DNA of 64,000 nt. Origin: an uncultured virus (IMG/VR IMGVR_UViG_3300032326_001218). Its lineage: Duplodnaviria > Heunggongvirae > Uroviricota > Caudoviricetes. The notes beneath the pieces are model-generated. The model was not told the origin of the DNA and did not search any database. It worked only from the letters and a program-made list of their open reading frames with translations. Both the position numbers and the translations under genes were made by a program. Location of the stretch: the IMG/VR virus record IMGVR_UViG_3300032326_001218, one strand, 5' to 3'. This document shows positions 19,301-29,540 of the stretch, piece by piece (position 1 is the stretch's first letter; each line of letters opens with the position of its first letter).

Positions 19301-21497
19301 GATAATGGAGTTTGGAGGTCCGCAAGACCCATCAAAAGGTGGAAGTACTAAATTTACATTTGATGATAGAACTGCTGCAATTTATTTGAGCGGAAGTGCA
19401 TCTGTAAAAGTACCTTGGAAATTCTTTACTGGAAGTTTAGACTATCCAAATTGTGTGGAATTTAGATTTAAACCGGCTTCATTACCAAATACAATATCAA
19501 CACTTATTAGTGGAAGTGAATGGACTTTGGATTTAGTGCAAACAACTGGTTCATTTGGTAAATTAGAATTAAACTTTGGGGGAGACCAGGCACTAACTAC
19601 ATATATGGAGACTAGTGGGGTACATTATCCTTATTTTGATACATCAATTGAATATGTGTTTGGACCTGATTATAAAACTGGTAGTTTAGATTTTCCTATA
19701 TCAACTGAATATTATTCAAATGTAGCAATCAATAGATACAATAGTGTAGGGACTGGTTCTTGGTATGAAGTTTGGTTAGGAACATCTAATGGCGATAGAA
19801 TTATTACATCAGTTAGTATGTCCATATTCGCACCGGATACACAATGGAGTAGTGGTTCACATTTACAAATTGGTAGTAACACATTTACAGGAAACGTAGA
19901 TGAAGTTCGTTTGTGGAAAGTTCCATTACAAAGAAGTAAATTTAATAATCACGTTTTATTCCCTGATGCAACAAATGGTAATTCATATACAGCATCTACT
20001 GAAGATTTATTATTTAGACTTGATTTTGAATATCCAAAGGATAGAAATGCAGACCCGTATATTAAGAATGTGGCAATCAATCAAAGTTATGATGGTACTA
20101 ATTCTTACGCAACTGCAAGTCAGATGTACACTGCTACAATTTATCCATACCAATATACTCCGTATGATAGAACTGTAACAGCAGAAGTACCGTCTTTAGG
20201 ATTTGGTTATTCAAATAAAATAAGATTTGAATCGGCATCATTGGTTACCGATTTATCATATAAAACAAGAGCAACTAAAAAAGCATTTGACCAAGCTCCA
20301 ATAGATTCAAATCGTTTAGGATTATTCTTCTCTCCAATTAAGGAGTTGAATATGGATATCTTAAAAACGTTTGGTGATTTTAATATTGACAATTATATTG
20401 GTGACCCTCGTGACGAATATAAGGATACATATAGTGAATTAGAAACATTAAGAGAGTACTATTTTGAGAGAATGAATCAAAATATAAATGAGTACATACA
20501 GCTTGTAAGGTATATAGATAAATCATTATTTGATGTTCTTGCGGATTTGGCACCAGCTAGAGCAAAAGTTTCAAAAGGATTATTGATTGAACCTCACTTA
20601 TTAGAGAGAAGTAAAACAAAATGGAGAGAAACAATTGCTGAAAAAAATTCATACGATACAACTATTGTTACGAATGATGATTTAACATTGGAAAGTGATT
20701 TTATACCAAAAGAAGCTGAACTAAATGCTGTTAATAATACAGTACTTTCGGTAGAAAAAACTGATTACGATGGTGCATTGGACGCTGTTACGGTTTACGA
20801 TTTAAATGCAAATCCGGCATACTACGATACATCAATTGAATATTTACAGGATGCAGTGATTAGTGGTAGCGTACCTATGTATGAATTTTCATTACAAATG
20901 CCTAATGGTTCAACATTAACTGGAGAAGTTGATTCGTTTAAATTCCAAGCGATTGGAATGGAAAGAGATTCTTTGGCAAATGCTGGATTTGGATTATATG
21001 CTAGAAATGGTAACGCGATTATACCTGGATTCGATGGTGTATTTGGAAATCATTATACCACACATATAACCGCATCTGTAAATGGTGGTGATAGAAAGAG
21101 TGTATTCTTGGTAAAAGAACAATATGATACAAAAGTATCAACTCAAACGCAAGGATGGCCGGCAACAAACATACCAGGACAAAGAGTTAAGTATGAAGAT
21201 GTGGTGGTTACAAATAACAAATACAAAGTTACAGTATTACCTTTTAGCGGAAGTGTGAATGTGGGTGGAAATGTAAGTGAAGTAACGGCTATTAATGGAT
21301 ACTTACCAACACACTACCGATATGTGAATGGACTTGGAGAGGGTATGAGACGTTCATTCTGGAAAGGGTCTCAACAAACAGCAACAACTACACCGGACGG
21401 ATTATCTCCGGTAGAAATATTTACAACTAATCCAAATATTCTTAAAGTTGCAAATACCGGTAGAGGTAGTGGTGAACCGATACTTATTGTAGATTAA
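16398..21497 (+). CDS. large baseplate/tail structural protein with Ig-like and LamG-like segments
   Basis: WRRILNNLPYILKHKGT...CYGVP (baseplate-I-like) and FTGNVDEVRLW (LamG-like); 1699 aa. Confidence 0.65.
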   Translation: MPRFTQDQPFDSELNKNSQDSLRQNLLSNIENVSPVDGVILPGGDIGIIKSENVIIPIKKDYDYAGTINQDGFLAININANTDKCLVNVDGQPSYRTTPTKFVFSISDIIGVGTKTISVTKEGYESNEQYNISIVQNPNFIDDGFANYRNTLTNFDGVLGLQPERKIFTQSTPYVFRIERVINGEIVSTDASNSPNDIKELSFELKKQNPKDIALIKVPEVSTYNVTINLKGPNNSVSLTNVNTSETIKLTNEVTTLIVEVGTRLQMVAVNNNLYRISRITATSQGLKPRLLEALNTDTLFSEYTVDNNTVIDIESENIGIVQPASNPVIRLLTPDENRKYNRNSQEDYPILLVTENINQIVAYVKDKTFNFDINSTINNAIGAVVANQTERPPTVISIPKTAFDSLGNYKIYLVGKTEGIEQPPIELKLSVVDEFFVGVPDIESITYPKELIGGDYVGTDVDFEISYKSRDTDFVKIFVNNSAGFYQEGPNARITLNVQKLLQFSSYTGPNDVIKLNLKLVPYNHSGNKEIVGKEELITVTFRAGDLTIPKELAINRIAAAFTSQFDETIFGDESSKYLNHLLHLGDGDSKVVTTWTGSFDSLILKLYEPLPVTVQPNQLVWISKVQSTPIIETISLRGETETACNTLKGPNFSLNPDNGIEFQIYDDLVGSGSVSSVDVINRYASTIGIDTQKLNIEYVSGSEYVFKNFVNFSSAKERVDNFVYKVRLIEYYKNIYFTNTSTSSASPYEVNEANVSIGKSNQLINAMDGFEKYLYYTTNTNSNNLAYPKTNSSSSILVNTTSSLVTMWYDELLSQAEYYDKYNPNRLTANIPEFLVEDTANEDFITFLNMIGQHFDILWSYISSLAKTKAVEASEYKGITNDVVQFVLESHGWDVKKAFNSNFLWEYAFGTYKDGTPKYSKSLESANEEIWRRILNNLPYILKHKGTGRAMKAVMACYGVPQSMLTIMEFGGPQDPSKGGSTKFTFDDRTAAIYLSGSASVKVPWKFFTGSLDYPNCVEFRFKPASLPNTISTLISGSEWTLDLVQTTGSFGKLELNFGGDQALTTYMETSGVHYPYFDTSIEYVFGPDYKTGSLDFPISTEYYSNVAINRYNSVGTGSWYEVWLGTSNGDRIITSVSMSIFAPDTQWSSGSHLQIGSNTFTGNVDEVRLWKVPLQRSKFNNHVLFPDATNGNSYTASTEDLLFRLDFEYPKDRNADPYIKNVAINQSYDGTNSYATASQMYTATIYPYQYTPYDRTVTAEVPSLGFGYSNKIRFESASLVTDLSYKTRATKKAFDQAPIDSNRLGLFFSPIKELNMDILKTFGDFNIDNYIGDPRDEYKDTYSELETLREYYFERMNQNINEYIQLVRYIDKSLFDVLADLAPARAKVSKGLLIEPHLLERSKTKWRETIAEKNSYDTTIVTNDDLTLESDFIPKEAELNAVNNTVLSVEKTDYDGALDAVTVYDLNANPAYYDTSIEYLQDAVISGSVPMYEFSLQMPNGSTLTGEVDSFKFQAIGMERDSLANAGFGLYARNGNAIIPGFDGVFGNHYTTHITASVNGGDRKSVFLVKEQYDTKVSTQTQGWPATNIPGQRVKYEDVVVTNNKYKVTVLPFSGSVNVGGNVSEVTAINGYLPTHYRYVNGLGEGMRRSFWKGSQQTATTTPDGLSPVEIFTTNPNILKVANTGRGSGEPILIVD

Positions 21498-21557
21498 GAA
21501 TGAAAATACTAAATGGTTATATTTATTTTAGAAATAAAAGCATAAAAACAATATCAA

Positions 21558-22181
21558 ATGGCATATTTAGATAATACCGAAATTACCGTAGATGCAATCC
21601 TTACTAAAAAAGGAAGACAAAAGTTAGCATCTGGACAATCTCTAAACATCACAAAGTTCGCTTTAGGGGATGATGAGATTGATTACACATTATACGAACC
21701 AGCACATCCACGTGGTTCATCTTTTTACGATTCAGCAATTAGAGCTATTCCTATTACGGAAGCTTCACCTGATGAAACTCAAGTATTAAGATATAAATTA
21801 GTTACTTTACCAAAAGGAACTACTCAAATCCCAACTGTGAGATTGGGTTACTTCTCTATCAACGCTACTCAATTAGAAGGTGGTGTTCCGTTAGGGCCAA
21901 CTACAACTCCTGCTGGAAACTCAACTGCGGGGTATACCGTTGTATTAGCAGACCAAAGAGCCGGTACTATTACCGTTACTGAATCAGCAACAACAAGTGG
22001 AACTGTACCAGTATTCTTGGGTGAAGAAATAACAACAACTGCTCAAGTGGTAAGTGGTAGAAGATTTACATTTACTCCTAATCCAAACTTGACAATTGAT
22101 ATTGCAACAACTCTTACTGTATATGGTAATGAAACCGGTGGTTCTCAAACTATACCTGTAATTGTAACTTATAAAGCATAA
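21558..22181 (+). CDS. tail/baseplate structural protein
   Basis: DAILTKKGRQKLA...ITKFALGDDEIDY resembles tail-fibre attachment N-termini. Confidence 0.55.
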   Translation: MAYLDNTEITVDAILTKKGRQKLASGQSLNITKFALGDDEIDYTLYEPAHPRGSSFYDSAIRAIPITEASPDETQVLRYKLVTLPKGTTQIPTVRLGYFSINATQLEGGVPLGPTTTPAGNSTAGYTVVLADQRAGTITVTESATTSGTVPVFLGEEITTTAQVVSGRRFTFTPNPNLTIDIATTLTVYGNETGGSQTIPVIVTYKA

Positions 22182-22195
22182 AAAGATAAATAAAA

Positions 22196-23407
22196 ATGGC
22201 ACAAATAAATGACCCTAATGTAACCGCCCAGTTAGCTACACTTGCTAATACGGGAATTATTGATACTGACCAGATTGTAGCGTTGTTAAACACTGCGTTA
22301 CCAGCCGGTCAACAAATTGCTGTAGGTGCTGGTGTTACAACTGGTATTTACAAAAGATTTGGTGAGTTTGATAAAGTAAACGCAAAAGTTGAAGTAGTAA
22401 CAACCGGTTTATGGACAAATGATGAAGGACAAATAAATAACTTCTATACATCATCTACACAAGCAGCTGCTACAAGTGGCAAATATTACTATAACGTATA
22501 TTCATATGACCCACAAATTAGTTCTTCTGCGGAAGTTGAATTTGCAATAGCATATGGACACGTTGATAGTAGTGGTTCTGCAACTTTGGATGTTGATAAT
22601 ACTTCAACATTAGCAACAAAAGCAACTTACGCACAATACAAATCTATTTTATTAGAACCAACTGATGCTAAATTTTCATTCCCTAATTCAACAGGAACCG
22701 AAGATGATTCAAATAGTATTTATGTAATTAACATAGCTAGAAATAGATTTAGAGAATCAATGGATGCTGGAAACTGGGAATTAAACCTTTCTGGTTCTCT
22801 TGGTAACTTTACTTTCATTGACGATAGTGGTAAGAAATTTGGTGATAACTTCGGAAAATCTGGAAGAGTATTTAATATTGTAGAAGGAGTTCTTAATGTT
22901 GGTACTCAATTAGAAGCTACAATTGCAAACCAATATGATGCAAATGGTAAAGGATTTGGTTTATTCTATCCTGATAGAGGTATTATGGTATTCAATCCAA
23001 CTGCACTACAAACTAAATTAGGAAATATCCATACTGAAAATGGTGTATTAATTGGTGGAATGAGTGGCTCACACGTAACATCTTCTGAACAACGTAATCA
23101 TCAAAGATTATATTACTCAATGAAGAAAGGAGCTGATTTTGATGCAAGAAGAACTGAAAACGTTTCTACTCAGCATTTCTTTGTAAGAGCAACTAATAGA
23201 GAATTTAACTATTCCAACAATCCTACATATGTAGATACAAACGGATTTTTTACTGAAAATACATTTGAAACAGATCCACAAACTTATATTACAACAATCG
23301 GTTTGTTTAATGATTCAAATGAAATGATTGCAGTAGCTAAAACTTCTCAACCAATTGTAAAATCATTTGATAAAGAGGTTTTAATTAAAGTTAAATTATC
23401 ATTCTAA
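22196..23407 (+). CDS. tail/baseplate structural protein (paralogue of 23483..24436)
   Basis: FYPDRG, EFNYSNNPT, YITTIGLFND..MIAVAK..P. Confidence 0.6.
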   Translation: MAQINDPNVTAQLATLANTGIIDTDQIVALLNTALPAGQQIAVGAGVTTGIYKRFGEFDKVNAKVEVVTTGLWTNDEGQINNFYTSSTQAAATSGKYYYNVYSYDPQISSSAEVEFAIAYGHVDSSGSATLDVDNTSTLATKATYAQYKSILLEPTDAKFSFPNSTGTEDDSNSIYVINIARNRFRESMDAGNWELNLSGSLGNFTFIDDSGKKFGDNFGKSGRVFNIVEGVLNVGTQLEATIANQYDANGKGFGLFYPDRGIMVFNPTALQTKLGNIHTENGVLIGGMSGSHVTSSEQRNHQRLYYSMKKGADFDARRTENVSTQHFFVRATNREFNYSNNPTYVDTNGFFTENTFETDPQTYITTIGLFNDSNEMIAVAKTSQPIVKSFDKEVLIKVKLSF

Positions 23408-23425
23408 TATAATAAATGATATATG

Positions 23426-23449
23426 AAAACCCCCGAAAGGGGGTTTTTT
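23426..23449 (+). terminator. Rho-independent terminator with a GAAA tetraloop
   Basis: AAAACCCCC-GAAA-GGGGGTTTTTT. Confidence 0.9.
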
Positions 23450-23482
23450 ATTATAAGAATATTTATAATAAATCTAGTATAA

Positions 23483-24436
23483 ATGATAAAAGAGATTCCT
23501 AAATCAGACATTATTGTAAGACCGATGAAGGTTTACAAAGAATGGAGTTTAGACGAGAATGATGTTCCGGTTTATTTTGCATCAACTGGTAGTGGTGGAG
23601 AATATGATATTGAAACTGACCCTAAAACAAACGGAGAAATATCAAAAAGAAGTTTGTATTATTCAATAAAATCACAATTTTATAGAAACGCAGATACTGC
23701 TTCTGTATTATATGAAGTTGGGTTAAGACATTCGTATGCTTCTAAAGATGAAAGAGTAATTGGAAATGAAATTGCTGTTATTTGTGTTCCTCAAGAATAT
23801 TATGGAGAAGGTATCAAAGTTGGTTCAGTAGTATTAACGGATGATTTACTTGGTTCAACTAAAGTATATACCGATGATGGACATTCCAATTTAATTGATT
23901 CTGCCAGTAATATAAAAGGTAATATATTTTATGATAGAGGGATGGTAGTGATGACCGATGGTATTGTAACTGGTTCATCATTTACTTCATCTTTTAGATT
24001 AGATTTTCGTTCTACAAAGACAATATTTGAAAATGAAATATTTTTATCGGTATTAGAAAATGAATTTAATTATTCACAAAACCCATCGGCGGTTTATGAA
24101 GATGGTGGTAAAAAGATTCAAGCAATAATTAATAGACCTGGAAATACTTTACCTAATGATTTGGTTACATCTTCTTTTTATGATCCGGGTATTAAATGGG
24201 TTAGAGGTAAAAAACATCCATTTACATCATCATTAAATCCTAACGTATTTGGAAGTTTTGATGATTATATGTATAGTAGTTCAATAGACCCAACTGGTTC
24301 ATATTTAGCTCCATATATTACAACAATTGCGTTATATGATAATGAATTAAATATGATAGCGGTAGCGAAGTTACCTAAACCAATAAAATCGTTACCAGAC
24401 TATCCATTAAACTTTATAGTAAGATTTGATACTTAA
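23483..24436 (+). CDS. tail/baseplate structural protein (paralogue of 22196..23407)
   Basis: IFYDRG, EFNYSQNPS, YITTIALYDN..MIAVAKLPKP. Confidence 0.6.
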   Translation: MIKEIPKSDIIVRPMKVYKEWSLDENDVPVYFASTGSGGEYDIETDPKTNGEISKRSLYYSIKSQFYRNADTASVLYEVGLRHSYASKDERVIGNEIAVICVPQEYYGEGIKVGSVVLTDDLLGSTKVYTDDGHSNLIDSASNIKGNIFYDRGMVVMTDGIVTGSSFTSSFRLDFRSTKTIFENEIFLSVLENEFNYSQNPSAVYEDGGKKIQAIINRPGNTLPNDLVTSSFYDPGIKWVRGKKHPFTSSLNPNVFGSFDDYMYSSSIDPTGSYLAPYITTIALYDNELNMIAVAKLPKPIKSLPDYPLNFIVRFDT

Positions 24437-24474
24437 ATCGGTTTTCTTTTATATTTATATGTAAATAACACAAA

Positions 24475-24771
24475 ATGTCAAAATTAGTAGACTTATATAA
24501 CAGCTTCAATGGTGGTGGCTTACAAAACGATTGGACAAAGGCGAAAGCTCGTACTTCAAAAGACCAAACTCCGTATTCAACAGGAACTATTCCTGGAGGT
24601 AACCCTGCCGCTACATTTGGAAATCCTGACCCTGCGGTATTAACTCCTGCGAAATTAAAATCTGGTAGAAAAGGTGAACTAGGTAGTGACCCAAAACCAG
24701 TACCTGGAGTAACGATACCTGGATATGGTCCTGGTGATAGCCAATATACTAAAAAAGTGAAAAAGCAATAA
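24475..24771 (+). CDS. small Pro/Gly-rich hypothetical protein
   Basis: 98-aa ORF after ATATTTAT at 24451; starts MSKLVDLY. Confidence 0.55.
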   Translation: MSKLVDLYNSFNGGGLQNDWTKAKARTSKDQTPYSTGTIPGGNPAATFGNPDPAVLTPAKLKSGRKGELGSDPKPVPGVTIPGYGPGDSQYTKKVKKQ

Positions 24772-24776
24772 TCCAA

Positions 24777-25190
24777 ATGTCTTGGAAATTTAATGGAAAT
24801 ATTGTTACAGAAGAAACCACACCTGAAGGTGCGGTTGGGTTTGTCTATAAAATGATACATACCCCAACTGGCAGGTTTTATATAGGTAAAAAATCTTTAT
24901 CTCAAACCAGGAGATTAAAACCCTTAAAGGGAAAGACTCGTAGAAGAGTTGTAAAGAAAGCATCTGATTGGGAAAAATACTATTCATCAAACGAATGGAT
25001 TAAATCAGAAGTTAAAGCTGGAAACGCTGGTGATTTTGAAAGAGAAATTATTCAGTTTTGTTTCTCAAAGAAATCATTATCATATTACGAAATTAAATGG
25101 CAGTTTCATTACGATGTACTTGCCAACGAACAAGCAATAAACGAAAACCTTATGGGAAAGTTCTTCCGTAGGGATATAATAAATCAATAG
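24777..25190 (+). CDS. GIY-YIG nuclease-family protein
   Basis: GFVYKM...RFYIGKK...W.KYYSS...FEREI...YYE. Confidence 0.8.
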   Translation: MSWKFNGNIVTEETTPEGAVGFVYKMIHTPTGRFYIGKKSLSQTRRLKPLKGKTRRRVVKKASDWEKYYSSNEWIKSEVKAGNAGDFEREIIQFCFSKKSLSYYEIKWQFHYDVLANEQAINENLMGKFFRRDIINQ

Positions 25191-25192
25191 TT

Positions 25193-25396
25193 ATGACAAT
25201 TTCAGACATTTGTAACAAATACGGAATCTCCGATTCTTATTTAAATTCAAAAGATGATGCACATTCGGTAGCGGCTGCATCACTATTAGACCTTAAAAAT
25301 ATGGTCCTTCAAAATAAACCTAGAGAAGAAGTGGCTAATAAACTTCAATTTTTAGCCGATTTTCTTATTGATATCAAAAATTCTCACGGAGGTTAA
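25193..25396 (+). CDS. hypothetical protein
   Basis: 67-aa ORF filling the gap. Confidence 0.5.
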   Translation: MTISDICNKYGISDSYLNSKDDAHSVAAASLLDLKNMVLQNKPREEVANKLQFLADFLIDIKNSHGG

Positions 25397-25401
25397 TTAA
25401 A

Positions 25402-25433
25402 TTTGGATATATCCGAAAAATGTTGTATATTTA
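25402..25433 (+). promoter_or_regulatory. Bacteroidetes housekeeping-sigma-type promoter (near consensus)
   Basis: TTTG (25402) - 20 nt - TATATTTA (25426), upstream of the primase. Confidence 0.6.
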
Positions 25434-25461
25434 CATAGTTTTTGTGGATATAACCAAAATT

Positions 25462-26397
25462 ATGTTATCGGGTAAGAACAAATTAAAAATAATCAATATA
25501 TTAGACTCTGCATTGGGAGTTGGTTCATCCTTAAAGGGAAATGAGCAGGCACACCATTGTCCTTTTTGTAATCACCATAAAAAGAAACTACAAATCAATT
25601 TGGATACTCAAAGATGGCATTGTTGGGTATGTGATTCTAAAGGTAGGAGTGTAATATCCCTTCTTCGTAAACTTAACGTAGATATTAGGGATATTGGTGT
25701 TGTAAAAGATGTATATGGTGATGAACCGGAATATGATTCAAAAGAGGAATATGTAGCAAAATTACAATTACCAAAAGAATTCAAACAATTATATTTTAAA
25801 CCAAAAGGTATTAATCCATCCTATAATCAGGCAATACATTACTTAAATAAAAGAGGTATTACACACGCTGATATAGTAAAACATAATATCGGATATTGTG
25901 AAGATGGTCTTTATGGTGGAAGGGTTATTATACCTTCTTATGACGATACCGGTGACCTTAATTACTTTGTAGCTCGTTCATTCTATGACGATGAAAAAAT
26001 GAAGTATAAGAACCCACCAATTAGTAGAGATGTAATTGTATTTGAGAATATGATTAATTGGAACGAACCAATAACATTAGTTGAGGGAGTGTTTGATTCC
26101 TTCTCAGTCAAAAGAAATGTAATTCCGTTGTTGGGTAAGTTCTTACTCAGCAAACTCAAAAATAAAATTATGGAAAAGGGTGTTAAGGATGTAACAATTA
26201 TGTTAGATTCCGATGCCGTAGAAGATTCCACTAAACATACTGAATGGTTTCAAAAGAATGGAATCAAAGTTAGGAATATCATACCAACCGATAAAGATGC
26301 GGGTGAGATGGGATTCCAAAAAGTAAATGAATTATTAAAATCCGCCAAAGAAACCAGTTGGGATGATTTGGTGTTAGCAAAGTTGAATAATATATGA
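25462..26397 (+). CDS. DNA primase (Zn finger + TOPRIM); start more likely ATG 25462 than 25420
   Basis: CPFC...CWVC, GRVIIP, KYKN, LVEGVFD, LDSD, DKDAGE. Confidence 0.9.
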   Translation: MLSGKNKLKIINILDSALGVGSSLKGNEQAHHCPFCNHHKKKLQINLDTQRWHCWVCDSKGRSVISLLRKLNVDIRDIGVVKDVYGDEPEYDSKEEYVAKLQLPKEFKQLYFKPKGINPSYNQAIHYLNKRGITHADIVKHNIGYCEDGLYGGRVIIPSYDDTGDLNYFVARSFYDDEKMKYKNPPISRDVIVFENMINWNEPITLVEGVFDSFSVKRNVIPLLGKFLLSKLKNKIMEKGVKDVTIMLDSDAVEDSTKHTEWFQKNGIKVRNIIPTDKDAGEMGFQKVNELLKSAKETSWDDLVLAKLNNI

Positions 26398-29300
26398 GTA
26401 GATTAAAAAGGATTTACCACATCGCGGATATTCATATTCGTAATGTAAAGAGACACAAAGAATTTAGAGATGTATTTGAAAAAATGTTTGAGGAAATTCG
26501 TAATAGAGGTACGGAAGATTCTCTTATCTATTTGGCAGGTGATATTGCACACGCTAAATTAGAAATGTCACCTGAATTATTAAAAGAAATAAGTTGGTTA
26601 TTAACTGAATGTACGAAACATTGTGAAACTATTCTTATTGCTGGTAATCACGATTGTAATATGAATAATTCCGATAGATTGGATGTACTTACTCCAATTG
26701 TAGAGGCATTAAAATTACCAAACCTACATTATTTAAGAGATACTCAAGTTTACGCAATTGGAGATGTTGATTTTGCAGTATTCAGTATATTTGATAACAA
26801 AGATAATTGGCCAAAAGCCGATACTCTATTTGGAAACAAAAAGATTGCACTATTTCACGGACCTGTGGACCACTCACAAACCGATATTGGTTATGTAGTA
26901 TCATCCAGACACTTCACAACTGATATGTTTGATGGTTACGATTTAGCCCTATTAGGTGATATCCACAAAAGACAAGAACTAATCTCCCCTAAAGGATGTA
27001 AGTGCGTTTATGCGGGTTCGTTAGTGCAACAAAATTTTGGAGAAACCCTTGATAAACATGGGTTTTTAGTTTGGGACTTAGAAACATTAACATATGAAGA
27101 AGTTGATATTAAAAACGATTATGGTTATTATACCATGGATATTATCGCAGGAGTTGTTCCTGACGTTACTGATTTACCTACTTATCCAAGGCTTAGGGTA
27201 AGATTTTCTGAAACCGATGCGGCGGATACTAAAAAGGCAATCACCGAAATCAAAATGAAATACGGTGTAGAAGATTTCACTGTAATTAAAACCGATAGTT
27301 TACAAAAGAAAAAGACAGGTGATAGAGATAACCAATTAGAGTTAGAAGATATTACCGATATAAATTATCAAAACTCCCTAATTACGGATTATATCGGAAG
27401 AATGATGCCGTTTGCAACACCGGAAGATATAGCAGGAATACAATCCTTAAACAAAGAAATTAATAGTAGAATTGTATTAGATGATATAGCAAGAAACATA
27501 CAATGGAAACCCGTAAGATTTGAGTTCTCCAATATGTTCTCTTATGGTGAAGATAACGTAATCAATTTTGACAAAGTAAATGGATTGATGGGATTATTCG
27601 CACCAAATGCAAGCGGTAAATCATCTCTATTTGACGCAATCTCATTTTGCTTGTTTGATAAATGTAGTAGAGCATTCAAAGCGGCAAATATAATGAATAA
27701 TCGGAAAGCGGACTTCCATTGTCAATTAGATTTTCAGGTGGAAGGCGTAGAATACTCTATAAGGAGAGAAGCGAGAATAATTAATAAGGGAAAGAACGTT
27801 AAAGTAGATGTTCAGTTTTGGAGAAATGTAGATGGTGTAACCGAATCACTTAATGGGACGGAGAGAAGGGATACAAACTCTGTAATTGAAGGGTATGTAG
27901 GAAGGTATGAGGATTTCGTAATGACTGCACTATCCTTACAAGGAAACAACGCCCTATTCATTGATAAATCACAATCCGATAGAAAGGATTTACTTGCTCA
28001 ATTTATGGGATTGGATATATTTGATAAGTTGTATGAAGCGGCGAGTGAGGAGATTAAGGAAGTTGCTGTACTTATCAGAAATTTCAAACGTACTGATTTT
28101 ACTTCGGAATTGGCGACGAAGGAAACCGACCTTCAAATTAAAAATGAAGAGTTAAAAGAGTTAAACGGTATGTTAAAAGCCGATTCGGATTCAAAAGAAA
28201 AAATACAAAATCAAATATCCGATTTAAAAGAATCTATTGTACCAATTGATTCAAAGTTAGAACTACAATCCTTGGAGGATTTAAAGGGTGTTATTAAAGA
28301 CAAAATTGAAATTAATAAAACTAATAGGACAGATAAACAAAGCAAAATCTTGGAGTACCAGTATCTTTTAGGAGAGGTTTCTCAATCAATTAACGAACAC
28401 ACCGAAGTAAATGGGATGTCAATAGATGATGCGAAGAAACAATGGGATTCATTAAAAGGACAGATATCCGATGTTCAACAACAAATAGATAAATTAGAAG
28501 CTCAATATGAATCTAATTTAGAAAAACTAAAACATTTGGAACAACATGAATATGACCCAAATTGTAAGTTTTGTATGAACAACGTATTCGTAAAGGATGC
28601 GATTGCCACAAAAGAGATAGTGGTAACACAAGAAAAAGAATTAGAAGAATTAAATCTAACACATAGTGCTCTTATAAAATCAATTCAACCATATTCGGAT
28701 GTAGATAGTGTTTGGGATAAACTTTTGGAATTAAGAAACAAATATCAAAAGGGAGTTGTTGTTTCTGAAAAAGCAGAAGCTGAATTGGATGGGTTAAAAA
28801 CTCACTATGAACTTCTTTTAACTCAATTGGATAATGTACAATCGGATATCCGTAGATATTATGATAATCAGGCAACAATAGAGAAAAACAAATCAATCAA
28901 CGAAGATATAAAGAAGTTAGAAACTGATAAAAAACAATTGGAAAGCTTAATAAAAGAAACAAATAAAAAAATTCTAAATCTAACCGGAGAAATTGGTTCT
29001 ATTGAATCATATATCAATACTACAAAGAATAAAATACAGGAAGTAAAAGATTTAGAAATAAAAAATGATTTGTACACTTATTATTTAGATGCAGTTAAGA
29101 AAGATGGTGTACCATACGAACTTATTACTAAAGCACTTCCAGCAATTGAAAACGAAGTGAACAACATATTAGGACAAGTAGTAGATTTCTCAATCTCTAT
29201 GGATACTGATGGAAAGAACATCAACGCTAGAATCGTTTACGAGGACCAGGAATGGACATTAGAGATGTGTAGTGGTATGGAGAAGTTTATATCAGGTCTA

Positions 29301-29540
29301 GCGATTAGAGTGGCTCTAATTAACATCTGTGGATTACCAAGACCTAACTTCCTAGTAATTGATGAAGGGTTCGGAACGTTGGATGCGGATAACCTATCTT
29401 CATTATTTATGATGATGCAGTATCTTAAAACTCAATTTGATTTTATTTGGGTAATTTCCCATTTAGAACAAATGAGAGATATTGTAGATGGACTTATTGA
29501 GATTAAGAAAGTAGAAGGGTTTTCTAAAATTAAGTTCTAG
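26394..29540 (+). CDS. fused Mre11/SbcD nuclease - Rad50/SbcC ATPase (gp47-gp46-like)
   Basis: ADIH, GDIAH, GNHD, LGDIH phosphoesterase motifs; Walker A APNASGKSS; hook CKFC; signature CSGME; VIDEGFGTLD; ISH. Confidence 0.92.
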   Translation: MSRLKRIYHIADIHIRNVKRHKEFRDVFEKMFEEIRNRGTEDSLIYLAGDIAHAKLEMSPELLKEISWLLTECTKHCETILIAGNHDCNMNNSDRLDVLTPIVEALKLPNLHYLRDTQVYAIGDVDFAVFSIFDNKDNWPKADTLFGNKKIALFHGPVDHSQTDIGYVVSSRHFTTDMFDGYDLALLGDIHKRQELISPKGCKCVYAGSLVQQNFGETLDKHGFLVWDLETLTYEEVDIKNDYGYYTMDIIAGVVPDVTDLPTYPRLRVRFSETDAADTKKAITEIKMKYGVEDFTVIKTDSLQKKKTGDRDNQLELEDITDINYQNSLITDYIGRMMPFATPEDIAGIQSLNKEINSRIVLDDIARNIQWKPVRFEFSNMFSYGEDNVINFDKVNGLMGLFAPNASGKSSLFDAISFCLFDKCSRAFKAANIMNNRKADFHCQLDFQVEGVEYSIRREARIINKGKNVKVDVQFWRNVDGVTESLNGTERRDTNSVIEGYVGRYEDFVMTALSLQGNNALFIDKSQSDRKDLLAQFMGLDIFDKLYEAASEEIKEVAVLIRNFKRTDFTSELATKETDLQIKNEELKELNGMLKADSDSKEKIQNQISDLKESIVPIDSKLELQSLEDLKGVIKDKIEINKTNRTDKQSKILEYQYLLGEVSQSINEHTEVNGMSIDDAKKQWDSLKGQISDVQQQIDKLEAQYESNLEKLKHLEQHEYDPNCKFCMNNVFVKDAIATKEIVVTQEKELEELNLTHSALIKSIQPYSDVDSVWDKLLELRNKYQKGVVVSEKAEAELDGLKTHYELLLTQLDNVQSDIRRYYDNQATIEKNKSINEDIKKLETDKKQLESLIKETNKKILNLTGEIGSIESYINTTKNKIQEVKDLEIKNDLYTYYLDAVKKDGVPYELITKALPAIENEVNNILGQVVDFSISMDTDGKNINARIVYEDQEWTLEMCSGMEKFISGLAIRVALINICGLPRPNFLVIDEGFGTLDADNLSSLFMMMQYLKTQFDFIWVISHLEQMRDIVDGLIEIKKVEGFSKIKF

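Noticed and set aside
6044..24436. Tail sheath, tube and tape-measure genes
   Set aside because: None recognisable in this window. They probably lie elsewhere in the genome, so their absence is not claimed as a finding.
24777..25190. Intron or intein-associated homing element
   Set aside because: The GIY-YIG gene is free-standing. Terminase, primase, portal and capsid show no insertions or interrupted frames.
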